Shown in pieces: positions 18,973 through 29,588 of a DNA stretch of 64,000 bases. Source of the DNA: Bacillota bacterium (GTDB taxonomy: Bacteria > Bacillota > Sulfobacillia > UBA8153); contig JBFLYN010000010.1 in NCBI GenBank assembly GCA_040756655.1, forward strand, positions 1,068 through 65,067. Reading direction: 5' to 3'. A program made the translations under genes and the position numbers. The notes under the pieces were generated by a model. That model was not told the DNA's origin. It searched no databases and saw only the letters and a list, made by a program, of their open reading frames with translations. Position 1 is the stretch's first letter; every line of letters starts with the position of its first letter.

Positions 18973-19362
18973 ATGACGTATCCGATGGAGTTCAAGTACA
19001 CCAAGGATCACGAGTACATCAATGTCCAGGGCAGCGAAGCCTACGTGGGCTTGTCCAACTACGCTCAGGACCAGCTGGGTGACATCGTGTTTGTGGAATT
19101 GCCCGAGGTGGGCCGGGTCATCAAGCAGGGTGAAGTGTTTGGAGTGGTGGAGTCGGTCAAGGCCGTCTCCGATTGCTACGCTCCAGCTGGCGGCACTGTG
19201 GTGCGGGTGAACGAACGACTCTTGGACGAACCTGATCTGATCAACAAGGATCCCCACGGCGAGGGCTGGATGATGGTGATCGAGCTGGCAGACCCGTCCG
19301 AACTAGACGAGCTCATGGATATCAATGCCTACCGGAGACTGCTGGAAGAGGTTGGTCACTGA
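18973..19362 (+). CDS. gcvH: glycine cleavage system H protein (lipoyl carrier)
   Basis: Lipoyl-lysine motif ESVKAVSD; 129 aa. Confidence 0.9.
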   Translation: MTYPMEFKYTKDHEYINVQGSEAYVGLSNYAQDQLGDIVFVELPEVGRVIKQGEVFGVVESVKAVSDCYAPAGGTVVRVNERLLDEPDLINKDPHGEGWMMVIELADPSELDELMDINAYRRLLEEVGH

Positions 19363-20705
19363 TGAACTTCATCCCCAACACCGAACGGGACCGCCAGCGG
19401 ATGCTGGAGGCCATTGGGATCAGGTCAATCGAGGAGCTGTTTGAGGACATTCCCGATATCGTGCGGCTAAAGCGGGAACTTGACCTCCCCCGGGCCATGA
19501 GCGAATCCGAGCTTTACTCGCACATGGTCGGCCTAGCCGGCGCCAACAGCAGCTTCCATGAGTATGTGTCATTCCTGGGTGCGGGAGCCTATGACCACTA
19601 CATCCCGGCCGTGGTCCAGCATGTGCTGGGCCGGTCCGAATTCTACACTGCCTACACCCCGTACCAGCCTGAAGTAAGCCAGGCAGTGCTCCAGTCCATC
19701 TATGAGTACCAGACCATGATCTGCGAACTTACCGGCATGGATGTGTCCAACGCTTCCATGTACGACGGAGCCACGGCCATGGCCGAGGCAGCCATGATCG
19801 CCTGCGGCCAGACCCGCCGCAAGAAGATCGTGGTGGCCCGTTCGGTGCACCCCGAGTACCGGGCGGTTATCCATACCTACGCCCGGGGCGCTGACCTGGA
19901 AGTGGTCGAGGTTGACTTCCAGAAAGACAGCGGTCAGGTATGCGGTTCAGGGCTGGCCGGCCAAGTGCCAGGAGCCGGCTGCGTGCTGGTGCAGCAGCCC
20001 AACTTCTTCGGTTGCATCGAGGATGTCCAGAGCATAGGGAATCTGGCTCGCCAGCATGGAGCGCTATTCGTGGTGGCCGTGGACCCGCTGTCCCTGGGGG
20101 TCCTGCGCCCGCCTGCCAGCTATGGCGCTGACATGGTGGTAGGCGAAGGGCAGCCGCTGGGAGTCCCCATGTCGTTTGGCGGGCCATACCTGGGCTTCTT
20201 TGCCGTGACCGAGAAACTGATGAGGCGCATCCCCGGCCGGGTGGTAGGCGCCACCGTGGATGTGAGGGGCCAGCGCGGCTTCGTGCTTACCCTGCAGACC
20301 CGGGAGCAGCACATCCGGAGAGAGAAGGCCACGTCCAACATCTGCTCCAACGAAGCGCTCTGCGCGCTGGCCGCCACGGTATACCTGTCGTGGCTGGGCA
20401 AGGAGGGTATCCAGGACTTGGCGCGCCACTGCCTGCAGAAAGCCGCCTATGCCAGGGACCGCATCACTTCTCTGGACGGGTACCAGCGGGCTTTCAGTGC
20501 TCCCCACTTCAAGGAATTCGCCGTGCGCTGCCAGGTGGGAACTGGCCGCGTCCTGGACGAACTACTCAAGAAAAAGATCATCGCCGGGTACCCCTTGGGC
20601 CGGGACTACCCGGAGCTGGACGATGTCCTGCTCATCTCCGTGACTGAGAAGCGCAGTCGCGGCCAGATCGACGCACTGGTGAGCGGATTGGAGGGATTGG
20701 CATGA
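19362..20705 (+). CDS. gcvPA: glycine dehydrogenase (decarboxylating) subunit 1
   Basis: Family similarity; split P-protein arrangement typical of Firmicutes. Confidence 0.9.
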   Translation: MNFIPNTERDRQRMLEAIGIRSIEELFEDIPDIVRLKRELDLPRAMSESELYSHMVGLAGANSSFHEYVSFLGAGAYDHYIPAVVQHVLGRSEFYTAYTPYQPEVSQAVLQSIYEYQTMICELTGMDVSNASMYDGATAMAEAAMIACGQTRRKKIVVARSVHPEYRAVIHTYARGADLEVVEVDFQKDSGQVCGSGLAGQVPGAGCVLVQQPNFFGCIEDVQSIGNLARQHGALFVVAVDPLSLGVLRPPASYGADMVVGEGQPLGVPMSFGGPYLGFFAVTEKLMRRIPGRVVGATVDVRGQRGFVLTLQTREQHIRREKATSNICSNEALCALAATVYLSWLGKEGIQDLARHCLQKAAYARDRITSLDGYQRAFSAPHFKEFAVRCQVGTGRVLDELLKKKIIAGYPLGRDYPELDDVLLISVTEKRSRGQIDALVSGLEGLA

Positions 20706-22159
20706 AAAGGCTAGAGCCTCTGATCTTCGAGCTGAGCTCCCCGGGGCGGCGCGCATATTCCCTTCCCGCGCTGGACGTTCCAGAGCAGGACTTGGGTCAG
20801 TTGCTGCCCGCCGGTGAACTCCGACAGGTACCGGCAGAACTGCCTGAAGTCAGCGAAGTTGACGTGGTGCGCCACTTCACACGGCTTTCCCAGCTGAACC
20901 ACGGGGTTGACATCGGGTTTTACCCGCTGGGTTCGTGCACCATGAAGTATAACCCTAAGATCAACGAGGTCGTGGCCGGGCTGCCGGGCTTTGCCAACCT
21001 GCACCCCTATGTTCCTGAATCCATGGCCCAGGGCGCGCTACAGCTGCTGTACGAGATCGAACAGTACTTGTGCGAAATCGGTGGTATGGCCCGGGCCACG
21101 TTGCAGCCCGCGGCCGGAGCCCACGGCGAACTCACGGGCCTGCTTATCATCAAGGCCTACCACCAGGCCCGGGGAGAGCGCCGGACCAAGGTCATCATCC
21201 CTGACTCGGCCCACGGCACCAACCCGGCATCAGCAGTGATGGTGGGCATGGAGACGGTGGAGGTCAAATCGGACCACCGGGGCGGTGTGGACGTGGAGGT
21301 CCTCAGGCGAGTCATGGACGAGTCTGTGTCCTGCCTCATGCTCACCAACCCCAACACGTTGGGCCTGTTTGATGAGAACATCCATGTCATCGCTGACATA
21401 GTGCACCAAAAGGGCGGGCTCCTTTACTACGACGGGGCTAACGCCAACGCCATCATGGGCTATGCGCGGCCGGGCGACACCGGCTTCGACGTGGTACACT
21501 TCAACCTGCACAAGACCTTCGCCACGCCCCACGGTGGTGGCGGCCCGGGCTCCGGTCCCGTGGGGGTGCGGGAGGACCTGGTGAAGTACCTACCGGTACC
21601 ACTGGTGGATTTTGACGGCCAGCGCTACCTCCTAAACTACGATCTTCCTGATACCATCGGCCGGGTGAAGCTGTACTACGGGAATTTCAGCACTATCATC
21701 AAGGCTTATGCCTATATCCGGGCCATGGGTCCAGACGGGCTCAAGAAGGTCAGCGAAAACGCCGTGCTCAACGCCAACTACCTCATGCGGAAACTCCTAG
21801 AGCATTACGACCTACCCTACGACCGGCACTGCAAACACGAGTTCGTGGTAAAGCCCGGGCGGATCAAGGAGAAAACCGGCGTCAGGACGCTGGACATCTC
21901 CAAGCGCCTCCTGGACTACGGGGTCCATCCTCCCACCAACTACTTCCCGCTCATCGTGGAGGAAGCCCTGATGATCGAACCCACGGAGACCGAGTCCATC
22001 GAGACCCTGGACTACTTTGTGGAAACCATGAACCAGATCGCCCGCGAAGCCTACGCCGATCCCGAGCGGGTGAAGACTGCCCCCCACACCACCGTGGTCG
22101 GCCGCCTGGACGAGGCCACCGCGGCGCGGCGCCCTGTGGTCCGATGGAAGAAAGAATAG
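20702..22159 (+). CDS. gcvPB: glycine dehydrogenase (decarboxylating) subunit 2 (PLP-binding)
   Basis: PLP region [16 protein letters not shown]; ATGA overlap with gcvPA. Confidence 0.9.
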   Translation: MKRLEPLIFELSSPGRRAYSLPALDVPEQDLGQLLPAGELRQVPAELPEVSEVDVVRHFTRLSQLNHGVDIGFYPLGSCTMKYNPKINEVVAGLPGFANLHPYVPESMAQGALQLLYEIEQYLCEIGGMARATLQPAAGAHGELTGLLIIKAYHQARGERRTKVIIPDSAHGTNPASAVMVGMETVEVKSDHRGGVDVEVLRRVMDESVSCLMLTNPNTLGLFDENIHVIADIVHQKGGLLYYDGANANAIMGYARPGDTGFDVVHFNLHKTFATPHGGGGPGSGPVGVREDLVKYLPVPLVDFDGQRYLLNYDLPDTIGRVKLYYGNFSTIIKAYAYIRAMGPDGLKKVSENAVLNANYLMRKLLEHYDLPYDRHCKHEFVVKPGRIKEKTGVRTLDISKRLLDYGVHPPTNYFPLIVEEALMIEPTETESIETLDYFVETMNQIAREAYADPERVKTAPHTTVVGRLDEATAARRPVVRWKKE

Positions 22160-23082
22160 AGAAACTGGAAAGCGGGTCCGGCCACGGCCGGACCCGCCCC
22201 CAGTCAGGGGTGGAAGAGAGAATCGACGAACTGCTCGACCGGGCCTGGACGGAGCGCATGGCTCACCACAGTCCCACCCTGGTGGCGGCGGTCCCGAACC
22301 GCACGTTGCCGGTCACGGTCACGGGTGCCGGTTGCGGGCTGGCGTGCCTCCACTGCCGGGGTCATTATCTCAGGACCATGCTCCCCAAGGAACGGGCCAT
22401 CGCAACCTACCACGAACGGGGCTTCACCAGCTGCTTGATCAGCGGCGGGTGTGACGTCCAAGGACAGGTGCCCCTGGGGTCCCACCTGGGGTTTCTACAG
22501 GAGATGAAACGGAACGGCGCCCGGCTCAACCTACATGTGGGGTTGGCCGGCCCGGACACGGCGCGCCAGCTGGCCGGGTTGGCCGACAGCATTTCCCTGG
22601 ATTTCGTGGGCGATGACGAGACAGTCCGAGAGGTCTACGGCCTGGACCGCCCGGCCGGGGATTACGTGGAAACCTACCGCGAGTTTGCCAAGTTTCTCCC
22701 GGTATACCCCCACGTTTGCATCGGGCTTCGCGGCGGCAAGATCAGCGGCGAATACCGGGCGCTAGAGCAACTCGCCGGCCTACAAGCACCGGTAGCGGTG
22801 TTCCTGGTGCTCATACCCACCCGGGGCACGCCCTACGAGCACGTATCTCCTCCCAGCCTGGAGGAAGTCTCCCGGGTCCTGGCCACGGCCCGGGTGATGA
22901 TGCCCCGTGCCAGCCTGTACCTGGGGTGCATGAGACCCGGGGGCACCTACCGGAAGGAACTGGACCAGTTGGCGGTAAGGTCCGGGGTACAGAAGATCGT
23001 ACAGCCTGCCCGTGCTGCCCTGGAGCTAGCCACCCGGCTGGGGTTGGCTGTCCACCGGCAGGAGGAGTGTTGTGTGCTATGA
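22144..23082 (+). CDS. radical SAM protein, LipS-like (candidate lipoyl synthase component)
   Basis: CX3CX2C motif CGLACLHC; immediately downstream of gcvPB and upstream of a second radical SAM gene and an LplA-family ligase. Confidence 0.5.
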   Translation: MEERIEKLESGSGHGRTRPQSGVEERIDELLDRAWTERMAHHSPTLVAAVPNRTLPVTVTGAGCGLACLHCRGHYLRTMLPKERAIATYHERGFTSCLISGGCDVQGQVPLGSHLGFLQEMKRNGARLNLHVGLAGPDTARQLAGLADSISLDFVGDDETVREVYGLDRPAGDYVETYREFAKFLPVYPHVCIGLRGGKISGEYRALEQLAGLQAPVAVFLVLIPTRGTPYEHVSPPSLEEVSRVLATARVMMPRASLYLGCMRPGGTYRKELDQLAVRSGVQKIVQPARAALELATRLGLAVHRQEECCVL

Positions 23083-24065
23083 ACAGGGTAATCCGGCTTT
23101 CGGCCGGCACGGCTGCTGTGGCTGGCCTGGCCCGGGCGCGCCTGGACGAGGTGCCCACTACCGCCTACGTCCTGGCCGGCGACAAATGCACCGCAAGCTG
23201 TGGGTTCTGCCCCCAGTCCCGGTGCGCAGAGAGTCGCCCCGGCTTTCTGTCCCGGGTGAGCTGGCCTGCGTTCACAGTGGATCAGGCGGTGCCGGCACTG
23301 GCCCAGGCTGCCGCTGCCGGGCGGTTTCGCCGGGTGTGCGTCCAGCTGGTGCAGGGTGGGGATGGGGCCAGTGCCTGCTTGGAACTGATCAGGGCGCTGC
23401 GTGCCCGGGTCGAAGTACCCGTGGCCGTGTCCGCAGCACCGCTAAGTGAGGACTGTGTTCTGGCTTGGCTGGAGGCTGGAGCCGACCGGGTGGGGCTACC
23501 CCTGGATGCAGCGTGCGAGCGGGTATATGCCCGGGTCAAACAAGCTTCGTGGTCCCGGGCGCTGGCAGTGGTGGAGGCGGCCGCCGGGAGATTTCCCGGG
23601 CAAGTCAGCACCCACCTCATAGTGGGGCTGGGAGAGACCGAGGAAGAGGCCGTGGGCTTTTTAGGACACATGGCGGGTTACGGGGTGACAGTGGGGTTGT
23701 TCGCCTTCACGCCGGTACGGGGGACACCCCTGGAGGACCAGTCCCCGCCGCCGGTGGATGTGTACCGGCGCGTGCAAGTGGCCCGCTTTCTCCTGGACAG
23801 GAAAGTGCCCGGGGTCAAGTTTGCGTTTTTGGAAGGACGCCTGGCCGGTTGGGGTCTTTCCGGCTCAGTTCTCAAGCAGTTATTAGCGGATGGCGAGGCC
23901 TTCAGGACCACCGGATGTGCAGACTGCAACCGGCCGTACTATAACGAGCGGCCCGGGGGGGTAGTGTTCAACTATCCCCGGCCCTTGCGGCCCGTGGAAA
24001 TACGCGCGTGCATCCGGGCGGCACTGGGCCAGGATGCCCGGGAGGGGGCTGACATTTGCTGCTAA
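23079..24065 (+). CDS. radical SAM protein, LipS-like (second component)
   Basis: Internal ATG at 23079 forming an ATGA overlap with the previous gene; CX3CX2C motif CTASCGFC; additional C-terminal Cys cluster CADCNRPYY...CIRAAL. Confidence 0.5.
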   Translation: MNRVIRLSAGTAAVAGLARARLDEVPTTAYVLAGDKCTASCGFCPQSRCAESRPGFLSRVSWPAFTVDQAVPALAQAAAAGRFRRVCVQLVQGGDGASACLELIRALRARVEVPVAVSAAPLSEDCVLAWLEAGADRVGLPLDAACERVYARVKQASWSRALAVVEAAAGRFPGQVSTHLIVGLGETEEEAVGFLGHMAGYGVTVGLFAFTPVRGTPLEDQSPPPVDVYRRVQVARFLLDRKVPGVKFAFLEGRLAGWGLSGSVLKQLLADGEAFRTTGCADCNRPYYNERPGGVVFNYPRPLRPVEIRACIRAALGQDAREGADICC

Positions 24066-24862
24066 AGGGAAGCCGGTGGCGGCTTATGGACACCGGGCCG
24101 GCTGGCGGGGCCTGGAACATGGCCGTGGATGAAGCCCTCCTGGCCGCACAGTCACCCGGCGCCAGCCCGGTGCTGAGGTTTTACAGCTGGGTGCCTCCCG
24201 CAGTGTCGCTGGGATATTTCCAGGTACCTGGGAAGGAAATCGATTTTGGTGGTCTTGGGAAAATCGGGGCCACGTGGGTGCGGCGTGCCACCGGCGGGCG
24301 GGCGGTACTACACGATGATGAAGTGACCTACGCTGTGGTCATCCGGGAGGAGCTCTTGCCGGGCACGGTCATCGAGACCTACCGGGTGTTGAGCGAGGCG
24401 CTTGTGGCCGGGCTGCGAGCCCTGGGCGTCCCGGCCACGGTGATACCCCACAGCGAAGTGGACCGCCGGGGCGGTGCTTCCGCCGCCTGCTTTGATGCCC
24501 CGTCGTGGTACGAGGTGGTATCTGACGGGAGAAAACTGGTGGGCTCGGCCCAGGTCCGGAGAAACGGGGCCATATTGCAGCACGGGTCCATCCCCCTGAG
24601 TTTCGACGTGGACCGGCTGCTGAGCACCCTGCGCGTGGGGTCGGGGCCGTCCCGGGAGCGGGTAGCCCGGGTTCTAAGAGCCAAAGCTGCCGGCCTTGCC
24701 GAGGTACTGGGACAACGTCCTTCACCCGAGGCAGTGCGCGAAGCCATCGTGTCAGGGTTCGAGTCGGTGCTGGGGGTGACCTTTGTGGCTTCCGGGCTTA
24801 CCCCGCAGGAAAATGAGGCTGCCAGGCTGCTGGCGGCGGGCAAATACTCGCAGGAGGTATGA
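24056..24862 (+). CDS. lipoate-protein ligase / octanoyltransferase family protein (LplA/LipM-like catalytic domain only)
   Basis: BPL_LplA_LipB fold: WRLMDTG...AWNMAVDEALL...catalytic K in RKLVGSAQVRRNGAILQHGS; about 268 aa with no C-terminal accessory domain. Confidence 0.7.
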   Translation: MLLKGSRWRLMDTGPAGGAWNMAVDEALLAAQSPGASPVLRFYSWVPPAVSLGYFQVPGKEIDFGGLGKIGATWVRRATGGRAVLHDDEVTYAVVIREELLPGTVIETYRVLSEALVAGLRALGVPATVIPHSEVDRRGGASAACFDAPSWYEVVSDGRKLVGSAQVRRNGAILQHGSIPLSFDVDRLLSTLRVGSGPSRERVARVLRAKAAGLAEVLGQRPSPEAVREAIVSGFESVLGVTFVASGLTPQENEAARLLAAGKYSQEV

Positions 24863-24865
24863 AGT

Positions 24866-26263
24866 ATGTACCATGTGGTTATCATCGGCAGCGGCCCCGG
24901 CGGGTACGTAGCTGCCCTCAAGGCCGCCCAGCTGGGAGCCAAGGTGGCAGTGGTGGAATCCGCCCGGCTGGGAGGGACCTGCCTGAACCGGGGATGTATC
25001 CCCACCAAGGCACTGGTGAAGTCGGCCACCGCCTATGTAGAGGCCCAGCACCTGGCCAATTTCGGGGTGAGAACCGGTCCAGTGGAACTGGACCTTCCCG
25101 GGGTCATGGCCCACAAGGAGCGCACGGTGGCCCAGCTGGTGGGCGGTGTGGAGAAGCTCTTGTCAGCTGCGGGAGTCAGCCTGTTCAGGGGCCGGGGACA
25201 GATCGTGGCGCCGGGCCGGGTGCGGGTGACGGGTGCTGACGGCGAACAGGAACTAGAGACCAAGAACATCATCATCGCCACCGGCTCCAAGCCCCAGCTG
25301 CCGCCTGTGGACCAGGAGAGTCTTGAGCACACCATCTCCAGCGACGATGCGCTGGCCCTGCCCCGGGTGCCTGAGAGCATGATCGTCATCGGCGGCGGGG
25401 TGCTGGGCGTGGAGTTTGCGTGCATCTGGAACGCCTTCGGGACGCGCGTGGAAATGGTGAAGCGCTCACCTCTGATCCTGCCCCCGGTCGACGAGGAGAT
25501 CTCGCGCCGGCTCATGACTCTTCTTCGCAGAAAGCAAGTCAAGGTCAACAGCGGGATCTACATCAAGGAGATCGTGGATACCGGCGGGGGGAAGCGTCTA
25601 TCCGGGGACACCAAGGACGGCGGGAAGGTTAGCTTCGAGGCGGAACTAGTGCTGGTGGCCATGGGCCGGGTGCCAGACTTTGGCGGTCTGGACCTGGATG
25701 CCCTGGGCATTGCCCATGACAAAAACGGCATCAAGACCGATGGGCACATGCAGACCAACGTGCCCGGCATTTACGCCATCGGCGACGTGGTAGGCCGTAC
25801 CTACCTGGCCCCGGTGGCATCGGCCGAGGGGATTGTAGCCGTAGAGCACTTGATGGGACACGCCCGGGAGATGGACTACTCGGTCATCCCCAACTGCGTG
25901 TTTTCCATACCCGAAGTGGCGGGCGTTGGACTCAAAGAGTCGGAAGCCCGGGAGAAAGGCTACGATGTCAAAGTGTCCAAGTTCCCATTTTCGGCCAATG
26001 GAAGAGCAGTGGCCATGGGCGAGACCGAGGGCCTGGTAAAGCTGGTCGCCGACGACGCCACCGGAAGGATCCTTGGGATGCACATTATGGGACCCCACGC
26101 CGACGACCTGATCCACGAAGGAGCTATGGCGCTGGCCATGGGAGCCACCGGCAGGCAAGTGGCCGACATGATCCATGCCCATCCTACCTTGTGTGAGACC
26201 ATCATGGAGGCTGCCCATGGCCTGGTGGGGCAACCCTTGCACCTGGCCAGGATGGGGCGCTGA
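24866..26263 (+). CDS. lpdA: dihydrolipoyl dehydrogenase (E3 / L-protein of glycine cleavage)
   Basis: FAD motif GSGPGGYVAALKAAQLG, redox disulfide GGTCLNRGCIPTK, NAD motif, C-terminal HAHPT. Confidence 0.85.
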   Translation: MYHVVIIGSGPGGYVAALKAAQLGAKVAVVESARLGGTCLNRGCIPTKALVKSATAYVEAQHLANFGVRTGPVELDLPGVMAHKERTVAQLVGGVEKLLSAAGVSLFRGRGQIVAPGRVRVTGADGEQELETKNIIIATGSKPQLPPVDQESLEHTISSDDALALPRVPESMIVIGGGVLGVEFACIWNAFGTRVEMVKRSPLILPPVDEEISRRLMTLLRRKQVKVNSGIYIKEIVDTGGGKRLSGDTKDGGKVSFEAELVLVAMGRVPDFGGLDLDALGIAHDKNGIKTDGHMQTNVPGIYAIGDVVGRTYLAPVASAEGIVAVEHLMGHAREMDYSVIPNCVFSIPEVAGVGLKESEAREKGYDVKVSKFPFSANGRAVAMGETEGLVKLVADDATGRILGMHIMGPHADDLIHEGAMALAMGATGRQVADMIHAHPTLCETIMEAAHGLVGQPLHLARMGR

Positions 26264-26544
26264 ACAGGGACCTTAACTAGCCGTCGACACCAGGGGACCC
26301 CTGGCGACAGGACGCTCCCGTGCCCGGAGGACTCTAGTCTAAAGGCTAAAGGCCGCGTATGGACCATCCGGTCCCCCGGTTTGGTAGACCGGTACCTTTG
26401 AGAGGCGAAGCGGGCCGGCCGGAGTTGCCGCCGGACGGTGGCGAAGACTGGCTACGGATCGGGGCTGTCCCTACGGTGAGCGACATTTTTCACTTCCCGC
26501 TCCTGGGTATAATGGATGCATGGACTCCAAACCTGGGAGAGGGG

Positions 26545-26805
26545 ATGATGATCATCGGCTGGCGGCGGCTTGATACGAGCAAAGAAGGTACCACCGATTC
26601 CAGCGGGTACAGTGTTGTGGTGGTACAAGCGCGGAACGATTTACGCAAGGATAAGCTGGTGGTCGCCATGGAAGAGGGGGGCCGGGTGCGCATACCCCAT
26701 GAGATGTACGAGCGGATCGGGAGCGGGCCGGGTGGCTCTGTCCAGATGCGCAGGTGCGGGAGTACCGTGGTGATAGAGCGCGTACCGGACCGGGCAGTTA
26801 GGTAA
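26545..26805 (+). CDS. AbrB/MazE/SpoVT-family swapped-hairpin DNA-binding protein (domain at C-terminus)
   Basis: Own promoter (TGGGTATAAT at 26505-26513) and RBS GGGAGAGGGG; C-terminal GGRVRIPHEMYERIGSGPGGSVQMRRCGSTVVIERV matches the AbrB-type looped-hinge. Confidence 0.45.
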   Translation: MMIIGWRRLDTSKEGTTDSSGYSVVVVQARNDLRKDKLVVAMEEGGRVRIPHEMYERIGSGPGGSVQMRRCGSTVVIERVPDRAVR

Positions 26806-27270
26806 TAAAGCTAAGGGCGACGCGGCGGGCCGGTACCTTCCGGCCCGCTTTGACATGCGCCCTAAGTCAGGTAGTTGCGAGCACGTGTGGAACGTGGTCC
26901 CCCATAGACCTGCCAGGCGCGAGGGCAATCGCAGCCGGCAAACGCCCAGGCACGAAAAGCGCCCTTCGAACCAGCACCACTACCCAGGGTCATGTCGAAA
27001 AGGTCTTTAGGGCCTCCACCAACCACTTGGAAGTGCACGACCGTTGGCAGCCAGGTACGATGAGTCGCTGGGCTTCACCCGGGGCCCTCCAGACCTGCCC
27101 CGGGAATCTGCGGCAGTGGCCCGGCGTTGACCGCCAGAACCGGGCGTAGAGCCGGAACCTGCTCGCGCCGGGACCTCGGGGTGGGGCTTGAACTGCGCCC
27201 GGGGTAAGGCCTGTTCAAAGCCGGATGATTATGGTAAGATCGAAGGCGAGATTCGGCGCCCGGAAGAGGA

Positions 27271-28359
27271 GTGACACTGGCCTTGTCTAGAACTCAGACG
27301 CTTCGGGAACGGATGGCCCGGGAAGGTGTGAACGCACTTCTAGTCACCAGGCCCGAAAACCGCCTGTACTTGAGCGGGTTTAGCGGTTCCGCAGGCGCGT
27401 TGCTGGTCTTCCCCGATGCGGCATACCTCCTGACCGACTTTCGCTATCTCGAACAGGCCCAGGAGCAGTCTCCCGACTTCACCGTGGTCAAGGCCGACCG
27501 GGAGTATCACGGCACCGTCTCCGAGCTCATGGGCAAGCATGCTGCCACCACTCTTGGCTTTGAGAAAGACCACGTCACCTTCGGCATGTACCAGATGTTC
27601 AAGGACAAGCTGCCAGGCGTAGAACTGGTGGGAGTCTCCGGCTGGGTCGAGCAGTTGAGGAGAGTGAAGGACCCAGGGGAGATCGAGAAGATAGCCCGGG
27701 CCCAGTCCCTGGTGGACCAGGGATTCGGACAGCTGCTGGAGTGGATGGCCGCAGGCATGAGCGAAGAAGAGGTGGCCCTGGAGCTGGAGTGTATGCTCAG
27801 ACGCCTGGGAGCCCGGCGCATGGCATTCGAGATCATCGTAGTCTCCGGCCCGCGCGCGTCCTTGCCTCATGGGCAACCTACCGGTAGGCGACTGGGTGCA
27901 GGCGACCTGGTTACCATCGACGTGGGCGTTACCCTGGACGGGTACTGCTGCGACATGACCAGGACGGTAGTGGTGGGAGCAGCCGGCGCTGAAGAGCAAC
28001 GCATCTACAATGTAGTTTTGAGGGCCCAGGAGGCGGCGCTGGAGGCCATCAAACCGGGCCTTACCGGGGTGCAAGTGGATGCCGTCGCCCGGGACATCAT
28101 AGGTCAGGCCGGTCTGGGCGAGCGATTCGGTCATGGGCTGGGCCACGGCGTGGGTCTGGCGGTCCACGAGGGCCCTGGGCTTTCTCCTCTGGCCCCCGCT
28201 GATGTGGTGCTGGAAGCAGGGAATGTGGTCACCGTGGAGCCGGGCGTGTACATCCCCGGCTGGGGCGGCGTTCGCATCGAGGACCTGGTGGTGGTCACCG
28301 CGGGTGGGTGTCGAAACCTCACCGCCAGTCCCAAGCACCTGATTGCTGTAAGGGCATAA
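27271..28359 (+). CDS. pepP: Xaa-Pro aminopeptidase / M24 family peptidase (YqhT-like)
   Basis: M24 metal ligands (D...D...H...E...E pattern, [13 protein letters not shown]), creatinase N-domain; synteny with efp. Confidence 0.85.
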   Translation: MTLALSRTQTLRERMAREGVNALLVTRPENRLYLSGFSGSAGALLVFPDAAYLLTDFRYLEQAQEQSPDFTVVKADREYHGTVSELMGKHAATTLGFEKDHVTFGMYQMFKDKLPGVELVGVSGWVEQLRRVKDPGEIEKIARAQSLVDQGFGQLLEWMAAGMSEEEVALELECMLRRLGARRMAFEIIVVSGPRASLPHGQPTGRRLGAGDLVTIDVGVTLDGYCCDMTRTVVVGAAGAEEQRIYNVVLRAQEAALEAIKPGLTGVQVDAVARDIIGQAGLGERFGHGLGHGVGLAVHEGPGLSPLAPADVVLEAGNVVTVEPGVYIPGWGGVRIEDLVVVTAGGCRNLTASPKHLIAVRA

Positions 28360-28438
28360 TGGCAAGCTCTGGTATATCCCCAGTTCACCACGGGCAGGCT
28401 ACCTGCGAGGAGCGGCCGGACGAGGAGGAAGGAAGACC

Positions 28439-28996
28439 TTGATTTCCACCAACGATTTCCGCACTGGTGTAACCATTGAGATTGACGGCGAAGTTTTCAG
28501 CGTCGTGGAATTCCAGCACGTCAAGCCGGGCAAGGGGTCAGCCTTTGTCAGGACCCGTCTGAAGAACGTCAGGACGGGAGCCGTGTTGGACCGCACCTTT
28601 CCGGCAGGCGAGAAGCTCCCCAGGGCTCACCTGGAACGGCGGGAGGTCCAGTTTCTTTACAGCTCTGAGGGCCATTACACTTTTATGGACATGGAGACCT
28701 ATGATCAGATCGCCCTCTCCAAGGAGCAGGTGGGCAACGCTGTCAACTACCTTGTCGATAACATGACCGTTTGGGTGCTCGTGTACCAGGGTAAGTACAT
28801 CGACCTGGAACTGCCCAACTCCGTAGAGCTCACGGTGGTGGAGACGGATCCCGGTCTGCGAGGCGACACTGCCACGGGAGGCGCCAAGCCGGCCCGGCTG
28901 GAGACCGGGGCCACAGTACGGGTGCCTCTGTTTGTAAACATCGGGGACCGGATCCGGGTTGATACGCGGACGGGCAGCTATATCGAACGTGCCTGA
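28439..28996 (+). CDS. efp: translation elongation factor P
   Basis: TTG start, N-terminus [14 protein letters not shown], conserved KPGKG loop. Confidence 0.9.
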   Translation: MISTNDFRTGVTIEIDGEVFSVVEFQHVKPGKGSAFVRTRLKNVRTGAVLDRTFPAGEKLPRAHLERREVQFLYSSEGHYTFMDMETYDQIALSKEQVGNAVNYLVDNMTVWVLVYQGKYIDLELPNSVELTVVETDPGLRGDTATGGAKPARLETGATVRVPLFVNIGDRIRVDTRTGSYIERA

Positions 28997-29088
28997 CGCA
29001 TAGAGACAAGCATCACAGGTTATGTTACTGTCCGGGTTGCCGACCTATACTGGTTAGATCATTTTAGCCTACGAGGAGGAGATTCTCG

Positions 29089-29490
29089 GTGGACGACCTC
29101 AAGGAGAGAGCGGCCTACATACGGGGCCTGGCGGAGGGTCTGAAGATCGGCGATGATACCAAGGAAGGCAGAGTGCTGGGCGAAGTCATCTCCCTCTTAT
29201 CCCAAATAGCCGAGGAGATTGACCTAATTCACATCAACCAGGCCGAGATGGAAGAGTACATGGTGAGCCTGGATGAGGACTTGTCTGACCTGGAAAGCGA
29301 TGTTTACGAGGACGAGGATTTCCTGGAGATGACGTGCCCCCACTGCCACGAGGAGCTGTGCTTTGACCCGGACTTGCTGGATGACGACGAGGTGGACACC
29401 CTGCTCTGCCCGGCATGCGGCGAGACTATCTACGGGGACGAGGAGTGGGATGAAGAAAGCGGCCAGGACGAAGACGGGGACCAGGGATAG
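29089..29490 (+). CDS. highly acidic protein with C-terminal zinc ribbon (CxxC...CxxC), function unknown
   Basis: CPHCHEEL...CPACGETIYGDEEWDEE; located between efp and spoIIIAA where B. subtilis carries yqhV. Confidence 0.4.
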   Translation: MDDLKERAAYIRGLAEGLKIGDDTKEGRVLGEVISLLSQIAEEIDLIHINQAEMEEYMVSLDEDLSDLESDVYEDEDFLEMTCPHCHEELCFDPDLLDDDEVDTLLCPACGETIYGDEEWDEESGQDEDGDQG

Positions 29491-29588
29491 ACGCTAGTAG
29501 GTAACAACCGGGTTGGCATAAAATGGTGACCGGACAAATATCTCTAGATATGTCCGGTCCTTGTCTTTCCCAGGGGAGGTTTCTGGCT

